64,000 nucleotides of DNA. Source: Acidobacteriota bacterium (lineage in GTDB: Bacteria > Acidobacteriota > UBA890 > WLXD01). This document shows, one piece after another, positions 24,537 to 34,961 of the stretch (its first letter is position 1; each line of letters opens with the position of its first letter). The stretch lies in contig CAXWPH010000015.1 of the NCBI GenBank assembly GCA_963666055.2, positions 160,001-224,000 on the forward strand. Reading direction: 5' to 3'. The translations under genes were made by a program, and so were the position numbers. The notes under the pieces are model-generated. The model saw only the letters and a list, made by a program, of their open reading frames with translations, was not told where the DNA came from and searched no databases.

Positions 24537-24932
24537 ATGCTCAACCGCAGAACACTCGCCGTTGTCGTGATGATCGTCGCGGCTTCCGCTATCGGCAGCG
24601 CCCTGTTCGCTCAGATGACCGGCACCGCGGCAGTCCTCCGTGTGGTCGTCGTCCAGACCGCCGATCCGGCTGCCTACGCGGCCGCCATCGCCGAGGGTCA
24701 GGAGATGCTCACCGGGCTCGGTTCCGAGGCTACAATCCGCGTATGGCAGGCGCGCTTCGCTGGGCAGGACGCCGGCGCTGTCGTCGCGTCAATCGAGTGG
24801 CCGAGCATGTCGGCGATGGCCGCCGATGACGAACTCATGGCGGGCAGCGACGAGATGCGTGCCTGGCTGGCCGGTCTCTCGGAGCTGCGCACCATCGTCT
24901 CCGACAGCCTTTACCAGGAAGCCACTCAGTAG
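24537..24932 (+). CDS. Hypothetical exported protein
   Basis: GGAGG RBS, signal peptide, IRVWQARFAG; codon usage like host genes. Confidence 0.65.
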   Translation: MLNRRTLAVVVMIVAASAIGSALFAQMTGTAAVLRVVVVQTADPAAYAAAIAEGQEMLTGLGSEATIRVWQARFAGQDAGAVVASIEWPSMSAMAADDELMAGSDEMRAWLAGLSELRTIVSDSLYQEATQ

Positions 24933-25140
24933 CTACCAATCTCAAACGCTGCGGCGTCGCTTCTCGTCGCGGTACTCCCCCCGCTTGTCGGCGCATCCAT
25001 CCTTGGATTGCTCACAGCAAACTATCGCCGACAGGGGGGGGGGCGGGGGGTCTAGGGACTCCTGTAAGCAGCGGCACGGATCGGCGCGCGAGGTTAGGAT
25101 GGGCCTGCTGCCGCCCGCCAACGCAACGAAGCGAGATCTG

Positions 25141-26253
25141 ATGTCGAGCACCCCGGCCTTGGAGCCTGATCTAGAGGGCCGCGTCGTCGCCGCGTGCCTG
25201 GCGCTCGATGAGCAGGTGCGAGCCATCGTCGCCTGGCATTTCGATCCCGCCACCGGCTGCCCGTTCTGGTTGCAGTGGGCCACGCAGCAGGACTGGAACC
25301 CACGCGACACGATCGGCGGCTTCGACGACCTGGTGAAGTTCGGCCACTTTCAGGACGATTGGCTGCGCGGCGGCCCGGTGCGACGCTGGGTGCCGAAAGC
25401 GTACGCCGATCGCCCGGTGTTCACGTTCGAGACCGGTGGCACGACGGGCACACCGAAAACCCGCATCAACATCGACGACTTTCGCACCGACTACGAGCTG
25501 TTCTCCGACACGCTCCCCGACGAGCACTTTCCGCCCGGCACCAACTGGCTGATGCTCGGCCCCAGCGGACCCCGGCGCCTGCGGCTGGCGGTGGAGCACC
25601 TGGCGCATCATCGCGGCGGCATCTGCTTCTGCGTCGACCTCGACCCACGCTGGGTAATCAAGCTGATCAGGAAAGGCTGGACCGAGCATCTCAAGGCCTA
25701 CCAGGAACATGTCATCGACCAGGCGGTTACGATCCTCGAGTCGAACCACGAGATCCACTGCCTGTTCACTACCCCGAAGCTACTGGAGGCGCTGGCGCTA
25801 CGCCTCGAGGACAAGGGCACGACGATTCGACAGGCGGGGATCAGCGGAATCTTTTCCGGTGGCACCGAGTTCACCCCGCAGTGGAACCGTTTCGCCCATG
25901 AAGAGCTCCTCGACGGTGCCTACATGACACCGACCTACGGCAACACGCTCATGGGCCTTGCCGCGAGCTCGCCGAGCGGCCCGCACAACGGCTACAAGAT
26001 CACCTACTACGCACCGCAGCCGCGCGCCGCGGTGCAGGTCGTGGATCCTGACGACGCCACCCGGCTCGTGCCTTATGGAGAGACCGGGCGGGTGATGTTG
26101 ACCACGCTCACCAAGGAGTTTTTCATGCCGCGTTTCCTAGAGCGCGACGAGGGCGAGCGCGAGCTGCCCTACGAGGGCTACCCTTGGGACGGCGTCAGCG
26201 GCGTTCGGCCCTTCGCGCGCATCGCCAAGTCGACGACCGTGGGCGTGTACTGA
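25141..26253 (+). CDS. GriC/EhpF-like atypical adenylate-forming protein
   Basis: HFDPATGCPFWL, FETGGTTGTPK P-loop, YGNTLMG, FFMPRFLERD. Confidence 0.75.
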   Translation: MSSTPALEPDLEGRVVAACLALDEQVRAIVAWHFDPATGCPFWLQWATQQDWNPRDTIGGFDDLVKFGHFQDDWLRGGPVRRWVPKAYADRPVFTFETGGTTGTPKTRINIDDFRTDYELFSDTLPDEHFPPGTNWLMLGPSGPRRLRLAVEHLAHHRGGICFCVDLDPRWVIKLIRKGWTEHLKAYQEHVIDQAVTILESNHEIHCLFTTPKLLEALALRLEDKGTTIRQAGISGIFSGGTEFTPQWNRFAHEELLDGAYMTPTYGNTLMGLAASSPSGPHNGYKITYYAPQPRAAVQVVDPDDATRLVPYGETGRVMLTTLTKEFFMPRFLERDEGERELPYEGYPWDGVSGVRPFARIAKSTTVGVY

Positions 26254-26301
26254 TCCGGGAACGGACGCCTCCGACAACCCGAACCGCCTGAGAACAACCG
26301 C

Positions 26302-27720
26302 ATGATTCACTTTCCGGTCCTACGTTGGGGCGAGCCATACGAGAGCCTCGAGACCGAGGAGGTCGTTCACTTCGCCACCGGTGAGCCCATCGCCAAGGTG
26401 AGCCAGGCGAGCCAGGGGATGGTTGCACGCGACATGCGCAAGGCGCAGCGGGCGCGCAACGTGCTGCGGGACGTGGCGCCATCTGACCTGCTGGCGATGA
26501 CCCAGAAGGCTGGCGAGCTGTTCATGACCGCCGATCTACCACTCGGCGACGGCTCCCAGTCGCCCGCCGACTTCGTGCGTCAGCAGTCGGCCACCACCGG
26601 GCTCTCCGAGCACATGTGCCGGATGAATATGGAAAAGCTCCGGTTCGTGCTCGAGCACATGGACGAGATCCTCGAGTCGCTCACTCGCCATCTCGATCTC
26701 AACATCCTGGCGCGCGGCTTCGGCGAGGAGGGCGGGGTCATGCGCAGTTACCAATCGACTACCAACGCCCTCGGCATGGTGCTGCCGTCGAACTCGCCCG
26801 GTGTACACACCTTGTGGCTGCCGGTCATCCCCTTGCAGATCGGCCTGGTGCTGAAGCCCGGTCCGCAGGAGCCCTGGACACCCTGGCGTATGTCGCAGGC
26901 GTTCTTCGAGGCCGGCGTGCCGCGTCAAGCGATCGCTGTCTACCCGGGGGGGCCCGACGTGGGCGCCGGGGTGCTCAACAACACCGAGCGCAGCTTGATC
27001 TTCGGCGGCCTGCCGACTGTCGAGCAGTACCGTGGCCACCCCGGCGTTCAGGTGCACGGTCCTGGGTTCAGCAAGATCCTCTTCGGTGACGATGTAGTCG
27101 ACAACTGGGAGCAACACCTCGATCTCATGGTCGACTCGGTGCTGGTGAACGCCGGCCGCTCATGCATCAACTGTTCGGGCATCTGGGCGTCGCGGCATAC
27201 GCGTGAGATTGCGGCGGCCCTGGCCGGACGCCTGGCCACTGTCGAGGCGCTCCCGCCGGACGACGACGCCGCCCAGTTGGCGGCGTTTACTGTTCCGGGC
27301 CAGGCCAAGGCGATCTCGGAGGACATCGACGCCAATCTCGACTCCGAAGGCGTTGAGGATGTCACCGCGTCGTATCGTGACGCCGGTCGGCTAGTGGAGC
27401 AGGCGCGCTGCGACTACCTACTGCCGACGGTGGTCCATTGCGCCGCTGCGGGGCAGCCAATTGCAGGCAAGGAGTACATGTTCCCCTTCGTGACCGTCGT
27501 CGAGTGCCCACAAGACGAGATGATCGAGGCTATCGGCGACACCCTGGTGGCCACCGCCATCACCGACGATGCTGGATTTCGGCGAAATCTACTGGACGCC
27601 CCGAACATCGACCGGCTGAACTTCGGCGCCATCCCGACGGTGCAGCTCAATTGGTTGCAGCCCCACGAGGGCAACATCGTCGATTTTCTATACCGCGCAA
27701 GAGCTTTTCAGTCGGCCTGA
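26302..27720 (+). CDS. Atypical ALDH-fold protein (GriD-like acyl reductase)
   Basis: LPSNSPGV, LKPGPQEP, NAGRSCINCS catalytic Cys, EYMFPF; HGPGFSK replaces ELGGK. Confidence 0.8.
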   Translation: MIHFPVLRWGEPYESLETEEVVHFATGEPIAKVSQASQGMVARDMRKAQRARNVLRDVAPSDLLAMTQKAGELFMTADLPLGDGSQSPADFVRQQSATTGLSEHMCRMNMEKLRFVLEHMDEILESLTRHLDLNILARGFGEEGGVMRSYQSTTNALGMVLPSNSPGVHTLWLPVIPLQIGLVLKPGPQEPWTPWRMSQAFFEAGVPRQAIAVYPGGPDVGAGVLNNTERSLIFGGLPTVEQYRGHPGVQVHGPGFSKILFGDDVVDNWEQHLDLMVDSVLVNAGRSCINCSGIWASRHTREIAAALAGRLATVEALPPDDDAAQLAAFTVPGQAKAISEDIDANLDSEGVEDVTASYRDAGRLVEQARCDYLLPTVVHCAAAGQPIAGKEYMFPFVTVVECPQDEMIEAIGDTLVATAITDDAGFRRNLLDAPNIDRLNFGAIPTVQLNWLQPHEGNIVDFLYRARAFQSA

Positions 27721-27754
27721 GCTGCAATAAGACCGATCTCTTCGCTGGCCAGCG

Positions 27755-27779
27755 CCACACTTCCACCACGGTCTGCTAG
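27755..27779 (+). repeat. Solo end of MITE family A
   Basis: ccacacttccaccacggtctgctag. Confidence 0.8.
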
Positions 27780-28053
27780 TGGCCTGTAACAGATGATCGT
27801 TGCAACTCGTGGTGGCGAGTTGGGTGCGGATGCCAGGCGCGACGACGAGACGATGTTTGCCCATCGTGGAGGAGGAGCAACGCCGCAGACGGGCCGATTT
27901 CGCCGCCATCCTGCGGACAGATGGGCCGTTGCGGGCGATCTCGGCGTTGCGTCTCGTCGACGATGCCCACTGCATCGCCTTCCTCGCCGCGCCTTGATCT
28001 CACCCGCAAATCCCATCTGCGATATGCAACGATCATCTGTTACAGGCCACTAG
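27776..28053. mobile_element. MITE-like element B with 25-bp perfect TIR, CTAG at both ends
   Basis: ctag-tggcctgtaacagatgatcgttgca ... tgcaacgatcatctgttacaggcca-ctag; interior homologous to element A. Confidence 0.85.
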
Positions 28054-28250
28054 GCGTTGGGAAGCACGGACACCTGGCCCGAATCGATGATCCGCTGGTC
28101 GGCCGTTGCCAACGTAAGGTCGAAGGCCCGCGCAGTGGCTACGAGGAATCGGTCGGCCGGGTCGCGGAAGGGCAACTTCAGCGTCGCCATCTGCAGCGCG
28201 ATAAACCGAGAAACTGGGGCGTCTCGCATCGGAACGCGGCGGAGCCCAAC
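28050..28250 (-). pseudogene. C-terminal remnant of a PIN/VapC toxin
   Basis: RDPADRFLVATARAFDLTLATADQRI; N-terminus and antitoxin absent. Confidence 0.75.
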
Positions 28251-28301
28251 CCGCACCGCGATCGGTGACCCCTCAGGCTGGAGCACTCTGCGGTATCGGG
28301 C

Positions 28302-31300
28302 TCAGCCGCCGTTTGAAAGCAGTCGCTCCAACCGTTCTAGATGGCCGTCGAGTTCCGCTTTCAGCTCCTCGTGGCGTGCGCTGGCGTCGCCGCTGGGGCG
28401 CTGATCGGCGCGATTGAGGTTGTCGTAGAGGTACTGCAGTTGGTCGACCAGCATGACCGGCGAGTAGCGTCGGGGTGCGTCCACCAAAGCGTTCAAGACC
28501 TCACGCAGCTCGCCAGCGAGTTCGTCGTCGTCCTTCGCCATCGCCTCGTTGATGCGAGCGACAGCAACATTGGCAGCGCCGTAGGTGTCGCGTACCCGCA
28601 ACGACAACTCCGCCTGGGCACGTACGTCGGCCGCCGAGATACCCTCGTGAACGACGCGCGGATCCATCACCACGTCGAACTCGACGCTCGATGACCAATC
28701 TCCGTGCGAGAGTCGAGCCGTATACTCGCCAGGCGGCACCATGGGGCCACCTTGCCCCGCCCGTCGCCCGTTGCCGTCGGCGTACCACGGTCCGGGATAG
28801 CGCAGATCCCAGGTGTAGCGATGCGACCCAACGCCCGCCTCGAGCTGCGGCGTGCCGGCGCGCTGGAGACGCCGATGGCGCATGCCGGGCTCCGGAACGA
28901 CCACCGTTTCCCCCGGCTCGACATTCGATAGCTGCCGGATCACGCGGCCGCGAGCATCCAGTATCTCGAGTGTCAGCTCGCCCTGAGGCTCGTCCGCCAG
29001 CCAGTAATCGATGTTGGCGCCTACCTGCGGATACTGCGGGTCGGCGGGACGTGACCGAGCAGACGAGGATCCGCCACCGCCGCGGAACCGCACCGCGTCG
29101 CCCGTATCGAACAGATGCGATGCCGACACCACCACAGCGTCGTTGATCTGCCGCAGCGGCGACAGGTCGTACATGATCCAGAAACTGCGGCCCATGGTCG
29201 AGAGCACCAGGTCGCCGTCGACCACCTTGATGTCGGTCACCGGCACTGCCGGCAGGTTGAGCTGCAGCGACTGCCAACGCTCGCCGTCGTCGAATGATAC
29301 GAACATGCCGAACTCGGTCCCGGCATACAGCAGCCCCTCACGACCCGGGTCCTCGCGCACGACACGCACTGGATGACCCGCCGGAATGCCGTTGTCGCCC
29401 GTCGTGATGCGCGTCCAGCTGGCCCCGTAGTCCTGGGTGCGGAACACGTAGGGAGCGAAGTCGCCGAGCTGATAGCGCAGCACCGAGACATAAGCCTTGG
29501 CAGGATGGTGCGGAGACACCTCGATGGTCTGCACGCGTCCGTAACGGCCGAGCTCGGAAGGCGTGACGTTCTGCCAGCTGGCCCCGGCGTCGCGGGTGAT
29601 GTGGATCGGCCCATCGTTGGCGCCCACCCAGATCACCCCGTGCTCGTGCGGGCTCTCCTGAACCTCGTAGAGCACGCTGAAGTGTTCTTCGCCGGTCACA
29701 TCCAGCGTGATCGGCGCCCCCGAGACCACCTGGGTCTCGGGGTCGAAGGCGGTCAGGTCGGGCGAGATCGTCGTCCAGGTAACGCCACCGTCCGCGGTCA
29801 CATGCAGGAACTGGGAGGCGTGATATACGCGATCGGGATCGTGCGGCGACACGTGCACCGGCACGGTGCGCTGGAAGCGATACGGCAGGTCTTGGGGGTT
29901 ACGGCCGTAGAGGTTCCAGTAGCCGACGTAGTAGTGCTGCTCCTGGCCCGTGCGACGGTTGAACACGCCGAAGCGGCCCTTGCAGTTTGCATACACGATG
30001 TCCGGATCGCCGGGCTTCGGCACCGCCGGCCCGGTCTCGCAGCCACCGTGTCTCTGCCAGTAGGCCTGCTGGCCGCCGACACGGTTGGTCAGCGGCAGGC
30101 TGGGAACCGAGATCGTGCTGTTGTCCTGCTGTCCAGCGAACAGCCGGTAGGGGAACTCGTCGGAAATATCGACCTGATAGAGCTCGGCGGTGGGCTGGTT
30201 GGACTGCGTCGACCAGGTGGCGCCGCCGTCGCGGGTGATGTTGGCGCCGCCGTCGTTGCTCTGGATCCAGAGGTCCGGGTCGTCGGGGTTCACCCACAGG
30301 TCGTGGTTGTCACCGTGCGGTACCCGCAATGCCTCCCACGTCTCGCCACCGTCCTCGGACTGATGAAATCCCTCCGCCATACCCCAGAGCCGGTCCGCGT
30401 TGGTCGGGTCAGCGTGCAGGTTGCAGTAATAGAACGGACGGTTACGGATGGGCTGGAAATCGGTCACCTGCGACCAGGTCTCGCCGCGGTCATCGGAACG
30501 GTAGACGCCTCCAGCGGATTCCGGCGCCTCGATGAGCACGTAGACACGCTCGGGAGCGGCGGCCGACACCGCCAGGTCTGACTTGCCGCGCAACCCGGTG
30601 GGCAGGCCGTCGGTCAATCGGTGCCAGCTGTCGCCACCGTCCTGTGACCTGAAGACGCCGCCCTCCATGCCGCCCGAAAGGATGGTCCACGGCTTACGCT
30701 CAGTTTCCCACATGCTGGCGTAGATAATCTCGGGCCGTCCCGGCGCGAACTCGAGGTCCACCGCACCGGTCTTGTCGGAGATGAAGAGCACCTGTTCCCA
30801 ACTGCCGCCGCCATCGCCGCTGCGGTAAACGCCACGCTCCGGATTGGGCGCGAAAGGATTGCCGATGGCGGCGACATAGACGATGTCAGGGTTGTCGGGA
30901 TGAACGAGCACCGCTCCGGTATTGCCGGTAGCCTCGAGCCCGAGGTGCGTCCAGGTAGCGCCAGCATCGGTCGAGTTGTACACCCCCTTGCCGATGATGA
31001 CGTTGCTGCGCAGGCCGTCGGAGCCGGTCGACACATAGAGGATGTCAGGGTTCGAGTCGGCGACGGTGATCGCACCGATCGAGCCGGTGGCGAAGTAGCC
31101 ATCGGAGACCGGGAACCAGTCGTGGCCGTAGTCCGTGGTCTTCCATACCCCGCCACCGCTGGCGCCCATGTAGAAGGTGCCCGGCTGCGCACGGTGGCCG
31201 GCCACGGCGGTCACCCGACCGCCACGCGACGGGCCCACCATGTGGTAGCGCAACCCGGCCAGCATTGGCTCGGGAACCGCCGCATCGAGGGCCGGCAGCG

Positions 31301-31385
31301 TCAGCCCGACGTGTGCGCCGCTCGGCCCGGCGGACAGGACGGCGATCAGAAAAGAGGCGCACGCAATGGCCAACTTGTAGCGCAT
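28302..31385 (-). CDS. VPS10/sortilin-like BNR-repeat glycosyl hydrolase
   Basis: GPSRGGRV, GGVWKTTDYG, many S-D-G-TW Asp-boxes, LYAGTEFG; signal peptide. Confidence 0.88.
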   Translation of the reverse strand: MRYKLAIACASFLIAVLSAGPSGAHVGLTLPALDAAVPEPMLAGLRYHMVGPSRGGRVTAVAGHRAQPGTFYMGASGGGVWKTTDYGHDWFPVSDGYFATGSIGAITVADSNPDILYVSTGSDGLRSNVIIGKGVYNSTDAGATWTHLGLEATGNTGAVLVHPDNPDIVYVAAIGNPFAPNPERGVYRSGDGGGSWEQVLFISDKTGAVDLEFAPGRPEIIYASMWETERKPWTILSGGMEGGVFRSQDGGDSWHRLTDGLPTGLRGKSDLAVSAAAPERVYVLIEAPESAGGVYRSDDRGETWSQVTDFQPIRNRPFYYCNLHADPTNADRLWGMAEGFHQSEDGGETWEALRVPHGDNHDLWVNPDDPDLWIQSNDGGANITRDGGATWSTQSNQPTAELYQVDISDEFPYRLFAGQQDNSTISVPSLPLTNRVGGQQAYWQRHGGCETGPAVPKPGDPDIVYANCKGRFGVFNRRTGQEQHYYVGYWNLYGRNPQDLPYRFQRTVPVHVSPHDPDRVYHASQFLHVTADGGVTWTTISPDLTAFDPETQVVSGAPITLDVTGEEHFSVLYEVQESPHEHGVIWVGANDGPIHITRDAGASWQNVTPSELGRYGRVQTIEVSPHHPAKAYVSVLRYQLGDFAPYVFRTQDYGASWTRITTGDNGIPAGHPVRVVREDPGREGLLYAGTEFGMFVSFDDGERWQSLQLNLPAVPVTDIKVVDGDLVLSTMGRSFWIMYDLSPLRQINDAVVVSASHLFDTGDAVRFRGGGGSSSARSRPADPQYPQVGANIDYWLADEPQGELTLEILDARGRVIRQLSNVEPGETVVVPEPGMRHRRLQRAGTPQLEAGVGSHRYTWDLRYPGPWYADGNGRRAGQGGPMVPPGEYTARLSHGDWSSSVEFDVVMDPRVVHEGISAADVRAQAELSLRVRDTYGAANVAVARINEAMAKDDDELAGELREVLNALVDAPRRYSPVMLVDQLQYLYDNLNRADQRPSGDASARHEELKAELDGHLERLERLLSNGG

Positions 31386-31556
31386 GTGATTCTCCATGAG
31401 ACAAGGCTCGGAGAGCTCGCCGTCACCGAACGGCCCGCGCTCGGCAGCAGAGAACATGTTCCCGGGCGCACATTATCCTGCTGCGTTCGCCAGGGCGATT
31501 ATTTGTACCGTGGTGATTTTCACCGTTCACCGTCTTGTTTTCGCCTCATCGACCGG

Positions 31557-31665
31557 GAAGGTGGAGGCGAGAGGTACCCTATCGTTGACAAGGAACGACG
31601 CAGCTTACGCGTGCAAAGCAAGACCCTGTCGCCAGACCCGCCACACTTCCACCACGACCTGCTAG
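31557..31665 (+). mobile_element. Partial MITE family A copy (one module plus right end)
   Basis: atcgttgacaaggaacgacgcagc...gcaagaccctgtcgccagacccgccacacttccaccacgacctgctag. Confidence 0.8.
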
Positions 31666-32831
31666 ACGCGCAACATCGCCTGGGCGATGGCTTGGTAACC
31701 GTGGCAAGCCTCCTGCAGCTGCTCGACTTCCAAGTACTCGTCGATGACGTGCGCCTGATCTTCCCCTGAAGGGCCGTAGCCAATCGTTGGAACCTCGGCG
31801 TAGCCGGCGCTGTACGTCGCGTTAGTGCAGAACTGGTAGCTGCGCAGGCCCGGTGACTGGCCGATCCGGCCCAAAGCTTGCAGAGCTCCCTGTACCAGCT
31901 CGTGGTCTTCGGGGAGCTCCCAGGGAGCAAACCACTTCGGTATCTCCCAGCGTATCCCCGTGTAGGTGGTGTAGTCGGCATTGGCTAGTCTGATCTGGGC
32001 GTCGTCGGCGCCGGCGCGGACGCAGGCAGCGCGCAGCTCGGCGGTGAGCTCGTCCTCGGTGTCGCCCGGCAGCAACCGGCGCTCGTAGGTTGCCCGGCAG
32101 CCGCTCGGCACCACCGAGTGCGCCGGATGCGGGATAGAGATGATGTCGGTGAGGCACATGACGCCATCGCCGACGAACGGATCGCTCGCCATGGGCAGCG
32201 CCTCGATCTGCTCGATCACGGCGCGCATCGAGTGCACCGCGTTGACGCCTTGATCAGGCGTGGAGGCATGAGATGGCACGCCTTTGGTGGCGACGACCCA
32301 TTCGGCGCGGCCGCGTCCGGCGCGCACGACATCCAGGTCGGAAGCCTCGCCGATGACGACGAAATCCGCCCCGTGCCTTTGCATCACGACACGCAACGCC
32401 GCCCCTTCGATGAGCTCTTCGCCAACCGACGCGGAGACCACGGCGCGACCACCGAGCGTCGATCGATCTAGCGTGCCGATGCCGTGGATCATCGCCGCCA
32501 GCGCGCCCTTCATGTCGGAGCTGCCGCGGCCGTAGATTCGCCCGTCGGTCTCGTCACCACCGAACGGGTCATGGGACCAGGTACCGCGCGGATGAACGTC
32601 GACCGTGTCCATGTGCGCGTCGAAGAGAATTGTGGGCCCGTCAGCGATGCCCTCGACCACGCCGACGGCGTTGCCGGAAGCATCGATCTCGACCTCGTCG
32701 TAGTCCAGCAAGCGCATCTCGGCGACGATGCGCGCCGCGACCGGTCCCTCACCACCCAACACGCTCGGAATGCGCACCAGGTCACGGGTGAGGGACACGA
32801 GGGCCTCTGAAGGGTCGCCGCTGCCGGTCAT
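31662..32831 (-). CDS. M20-family metallo-hydrolase (ArgE/DapE/YgeY-like)
   Basis: DAHMDTV, GRGSSDMKG, EE, GEAS, AHVIDEY. Confidence 0.9.
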   Translation of the reverse strand: MTGSGDPSEALVSLTRDLVRIPSVLGGEGPVAARIVAEMRLLDYDEVEIDASGNAVGVVEGIADGPTILFDAHMDTVDVHPRGTWSHDPFGGDETDGRIYGRGSSDMKGALAAMIHGIGTLDRSTLGGRAVVSASVGEELIEGAALRVVMQRHGADFVVIGEASDLDVVRAGRGRAEWVVATKGVPSHASTPDQGVNAVHSMRAVIEQIEALPMASDPFVGDGVMCLTDIISIPHPAHSVVPSGCRATYERRLLPGDTEDELTAELRAACVRAGADDAQIRLANADYTTYTGIRWEIPKWFAPWELPEDHELVQGALQALGRIGQSPGLRSYQFCTNATYSAGYAEVPTIGYGPSGEDQAHVIDEYLEVEQLQEACHGYQAIAQAMLRV

Positions 32832-33167
32832 CGGGTGTCGCCGGCCTCGGCGCGGCGCGTGCCTACGAGCCAGGCGCGGCCGCCGGTGCCGCGCAATAGA
32901 TCGAGCGTCGCCATGGCAACGAGCACCACGACAAGGAGAATTCCCAGGCGCAGTAAGGTGCGATCGGGCGGGCGCGACGAACTCGTCGTTTCGGTCAACG
33001 ATGCCTCTGGAGGAGAAGCGCACCCGGGCGACGATTGCTTTGCTCCGGGTTCGCCGCCCGGGTGCGGAGCCTGACCTCTGAGTCAATTATGGGAGGCGTC
33101 GTGCCGTCAACCAAGAGCGTATCGACCGTACGGTTGCAGTGGCCGGTGATCGGACACTGAAACCCAT

Positions 33168-33192
33168 CACACTTCCACCTCGGCCCTGCTAG
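33168..33192 (+). repeat. Degenerate solo end of MITE family A
   Basis: cacacttccacctcggccctgctag. Confidence 0.6.
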
Positions 33193-33253
33193 AGTCGCCG
33201 CGGCGATATACGTATCGCCGGCCAAGCGCGTGCCCCTGATCCGGAGGCTTCCG

Positions 33254-34522
33254 ATGTCCGACCGGGACCAACCCCTGCCGCCCACCGACAGCCGTGAGGC
33301 ACGCGACCTGCTGGAGCGGTTCCTGGTGTCCTGCCGTCGTTACGGAGTCGACCGGCGTCGCTTCATCCGTTTGGTGGGAGCGGGCGCGGCGGGCGGGTTC
33401 CTGGCAGCATGCGCCGCGCCGGAGGAAGGCGCCGCGGCAGCGTCCAGCGGCTCCGACGCGCCGGCCAGCGTCTTCTTCAAAGACAATACCGAGCTCATTC
33501 CTCACGGGGCACGCAACCTCGAGGCGCGCATCGACCGCCTGGACTCCTTTCTGACACCTGCGCCCGAATTTTTCGTACGCAACAACTCCACCAGCATCGC
33601 CGTCGACACCGATCGCTATGCGCTGCGCGTCGAAGGCGCGGGCGTCGACAATCCGCTCGAACTGAGCCTCGCACAGTTGCAGGCGCTGCCACGGCGTAGC
33701 GTCTTCTCTTACCTCGAATGCGGCGGCAACCAGCGGGCGTTTTTCAGGCTGCTGCTGGGGCGCGCAGCCACCGGAACGCAGTGGGGTCGCGGCGGCGTCG
33801 GCATGGCGGAATGGGGCGGGGTGCCACTAGGTGAGGTGCTGCGGCTCGCTGACCTACGCGACGATGCGGTAGACGTGCAGTTGATCGGGCTCGACGTGGA
33901 ATCTCCCGAGCAGGGTTTTCGTCGCCCCATTCCCGTCGCCAAGGCGCTCGATCCTGACACGTTACTGGCAGACCGCATGAACGGTGCGGCGCTTCCCCCG
34001 GATCACGGTCACCCGCTGCGGGCCATCGTCCCGGGTTGGATCGGGAGCACCAACATTAAGTGGCTCGGCCGCATTGTCGTCTCCACCGAGAAAATCTGGA
34101 GCCGCAACAACACCACCTCCTACGTGCTGATTGGCGACGCATATCCGCCAGAGGGCGAGGCGCTAGGACAGCCCGCGACCCTGCAATCGATCAAGAGCGT
34201 GCTGGCGCTACCGTGGCCGGCGCGTCTGAGCCCGGGCACTGTGACCCTGCGCGGCTTTGCCCACTCGCCCCACGCGCCCATCGCGCGCCTGCAGTGGAGC
34301 GTCGACGATGGCGCGACGTGGTCGGAGGCCCGGCTGTTGGAGCCGGTCATGCGTTACGCATGGGCCCGGTTCGAGATCGAGTGGGTGGCATCGAGCGGTG
34401 CGCACACAATGATCACCCGGGCGACCGATGTGGCCGGAAACGCGCAACCCGACGACATCCCGTTCAACGAGAAAGGCTATCTGTTCAACCTGCCGCTGCC
34501 ACACCCCATCTCGGTGGCATGA
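33254..34522 (+). CDS. Sulfite oxidase-family molybdoenzyme (SorA/SoxC-like), Tat lipoprotein
   Basis: RRRFIRL Tat motif, LAAC lipobox, FFVRNN, LECGGNQR, DHGHPLRAIVPGW, IKWL. Confidence 0.9.
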   Translation: MSDRDQPLPPTDSREARDLLERFLVSCRRYGVDRRRFIRLVGAGAAGGFLAACAAPEEGAAAASSGSDAPASVFFKDNTELIPHGARNLEARIDRLDSFLTPAPEFFVRNNSTSIAVDTDRYALRVEGAGVDNPLELSLAQLQALPRRSVFSYLECGGNQRAFFRLLLGRAATGTQWGRGGVGMAEWGGVPLGEVLRLADLRDDAVDVQLIGLDVESPEQGFRRPIPVAKALDPDTLLADRMNGAALPPDHGHPLRAIVPGWIGSTNIKWLGRIVVSTEKIWSRNNTTSYVLIGDAYPPEGEALGQPATLQSIKSVLALPWPARLSPGTVTLRGFAHSPHAPIARLQWSVDDGATWSEARLLEPVMRYAWARFEIEWVASSGAHTMITRATDVAGNAQPDDIPFNEKGYLFNLPLPHPISVA

Positions 34523-34893
34523 CTCAGGGGCGCCTGGCGCTGGTGCTCGTGGGGCTCGCGGGGTGGGCTGCCGTTGCGCTTGTCGCCTGTGACCGCACGC
34601 CGTACGCCGATGTAGACCGGGGTAGCGATCTCTACGCGCGGTATTGCTTCCAGTGCCACGACTCCGGAGACGGTATCGGCTCACGGCTCTCACCGGCGGT
34701 GCTGAGCAGCTACGGGACAGCGGCCGGACTGTTCGAGTACAACCGCAAGTTCATGCCGTACGCTGGCGAGGGTAGCCTTGCGACTGAGGACTACTGGGAC
34801 ATCACCGCCTACATGCTCGTGCAGCACGGCTTCGCTGCGCCGGAGCTCCAGCTAGCCCCCGCGGGTGCACCCGATATCCAGCTGCGCCGATAG
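34519..34893 (+). CDS. Monoheme cytochrome c lipoprotein (SorB-like)
   Basis: LVAC lipobox, CFQCH heme motif, distal MP; ATGA overlap with oxidase. Confidence 0.85.
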   Translation: MTQGRLALVLVGLAGWAAVALVACDRTPYADVDRGSDLYARYCFQCHDSGDGIGSRLSPAVLSSYGTAAGLFEYNRKFMPYAGEGSLATEDYWDITAYMLVQHGFAAPELQLAPAGAPDIQLRR

Positions 34894-34961
34894 GTCGCGG
34901 GTCCGAAAGGGCTTCGGAGTGCGCCGGCTTCCTCCTTACAATTCTGTCGGGAGGGTCCGTC

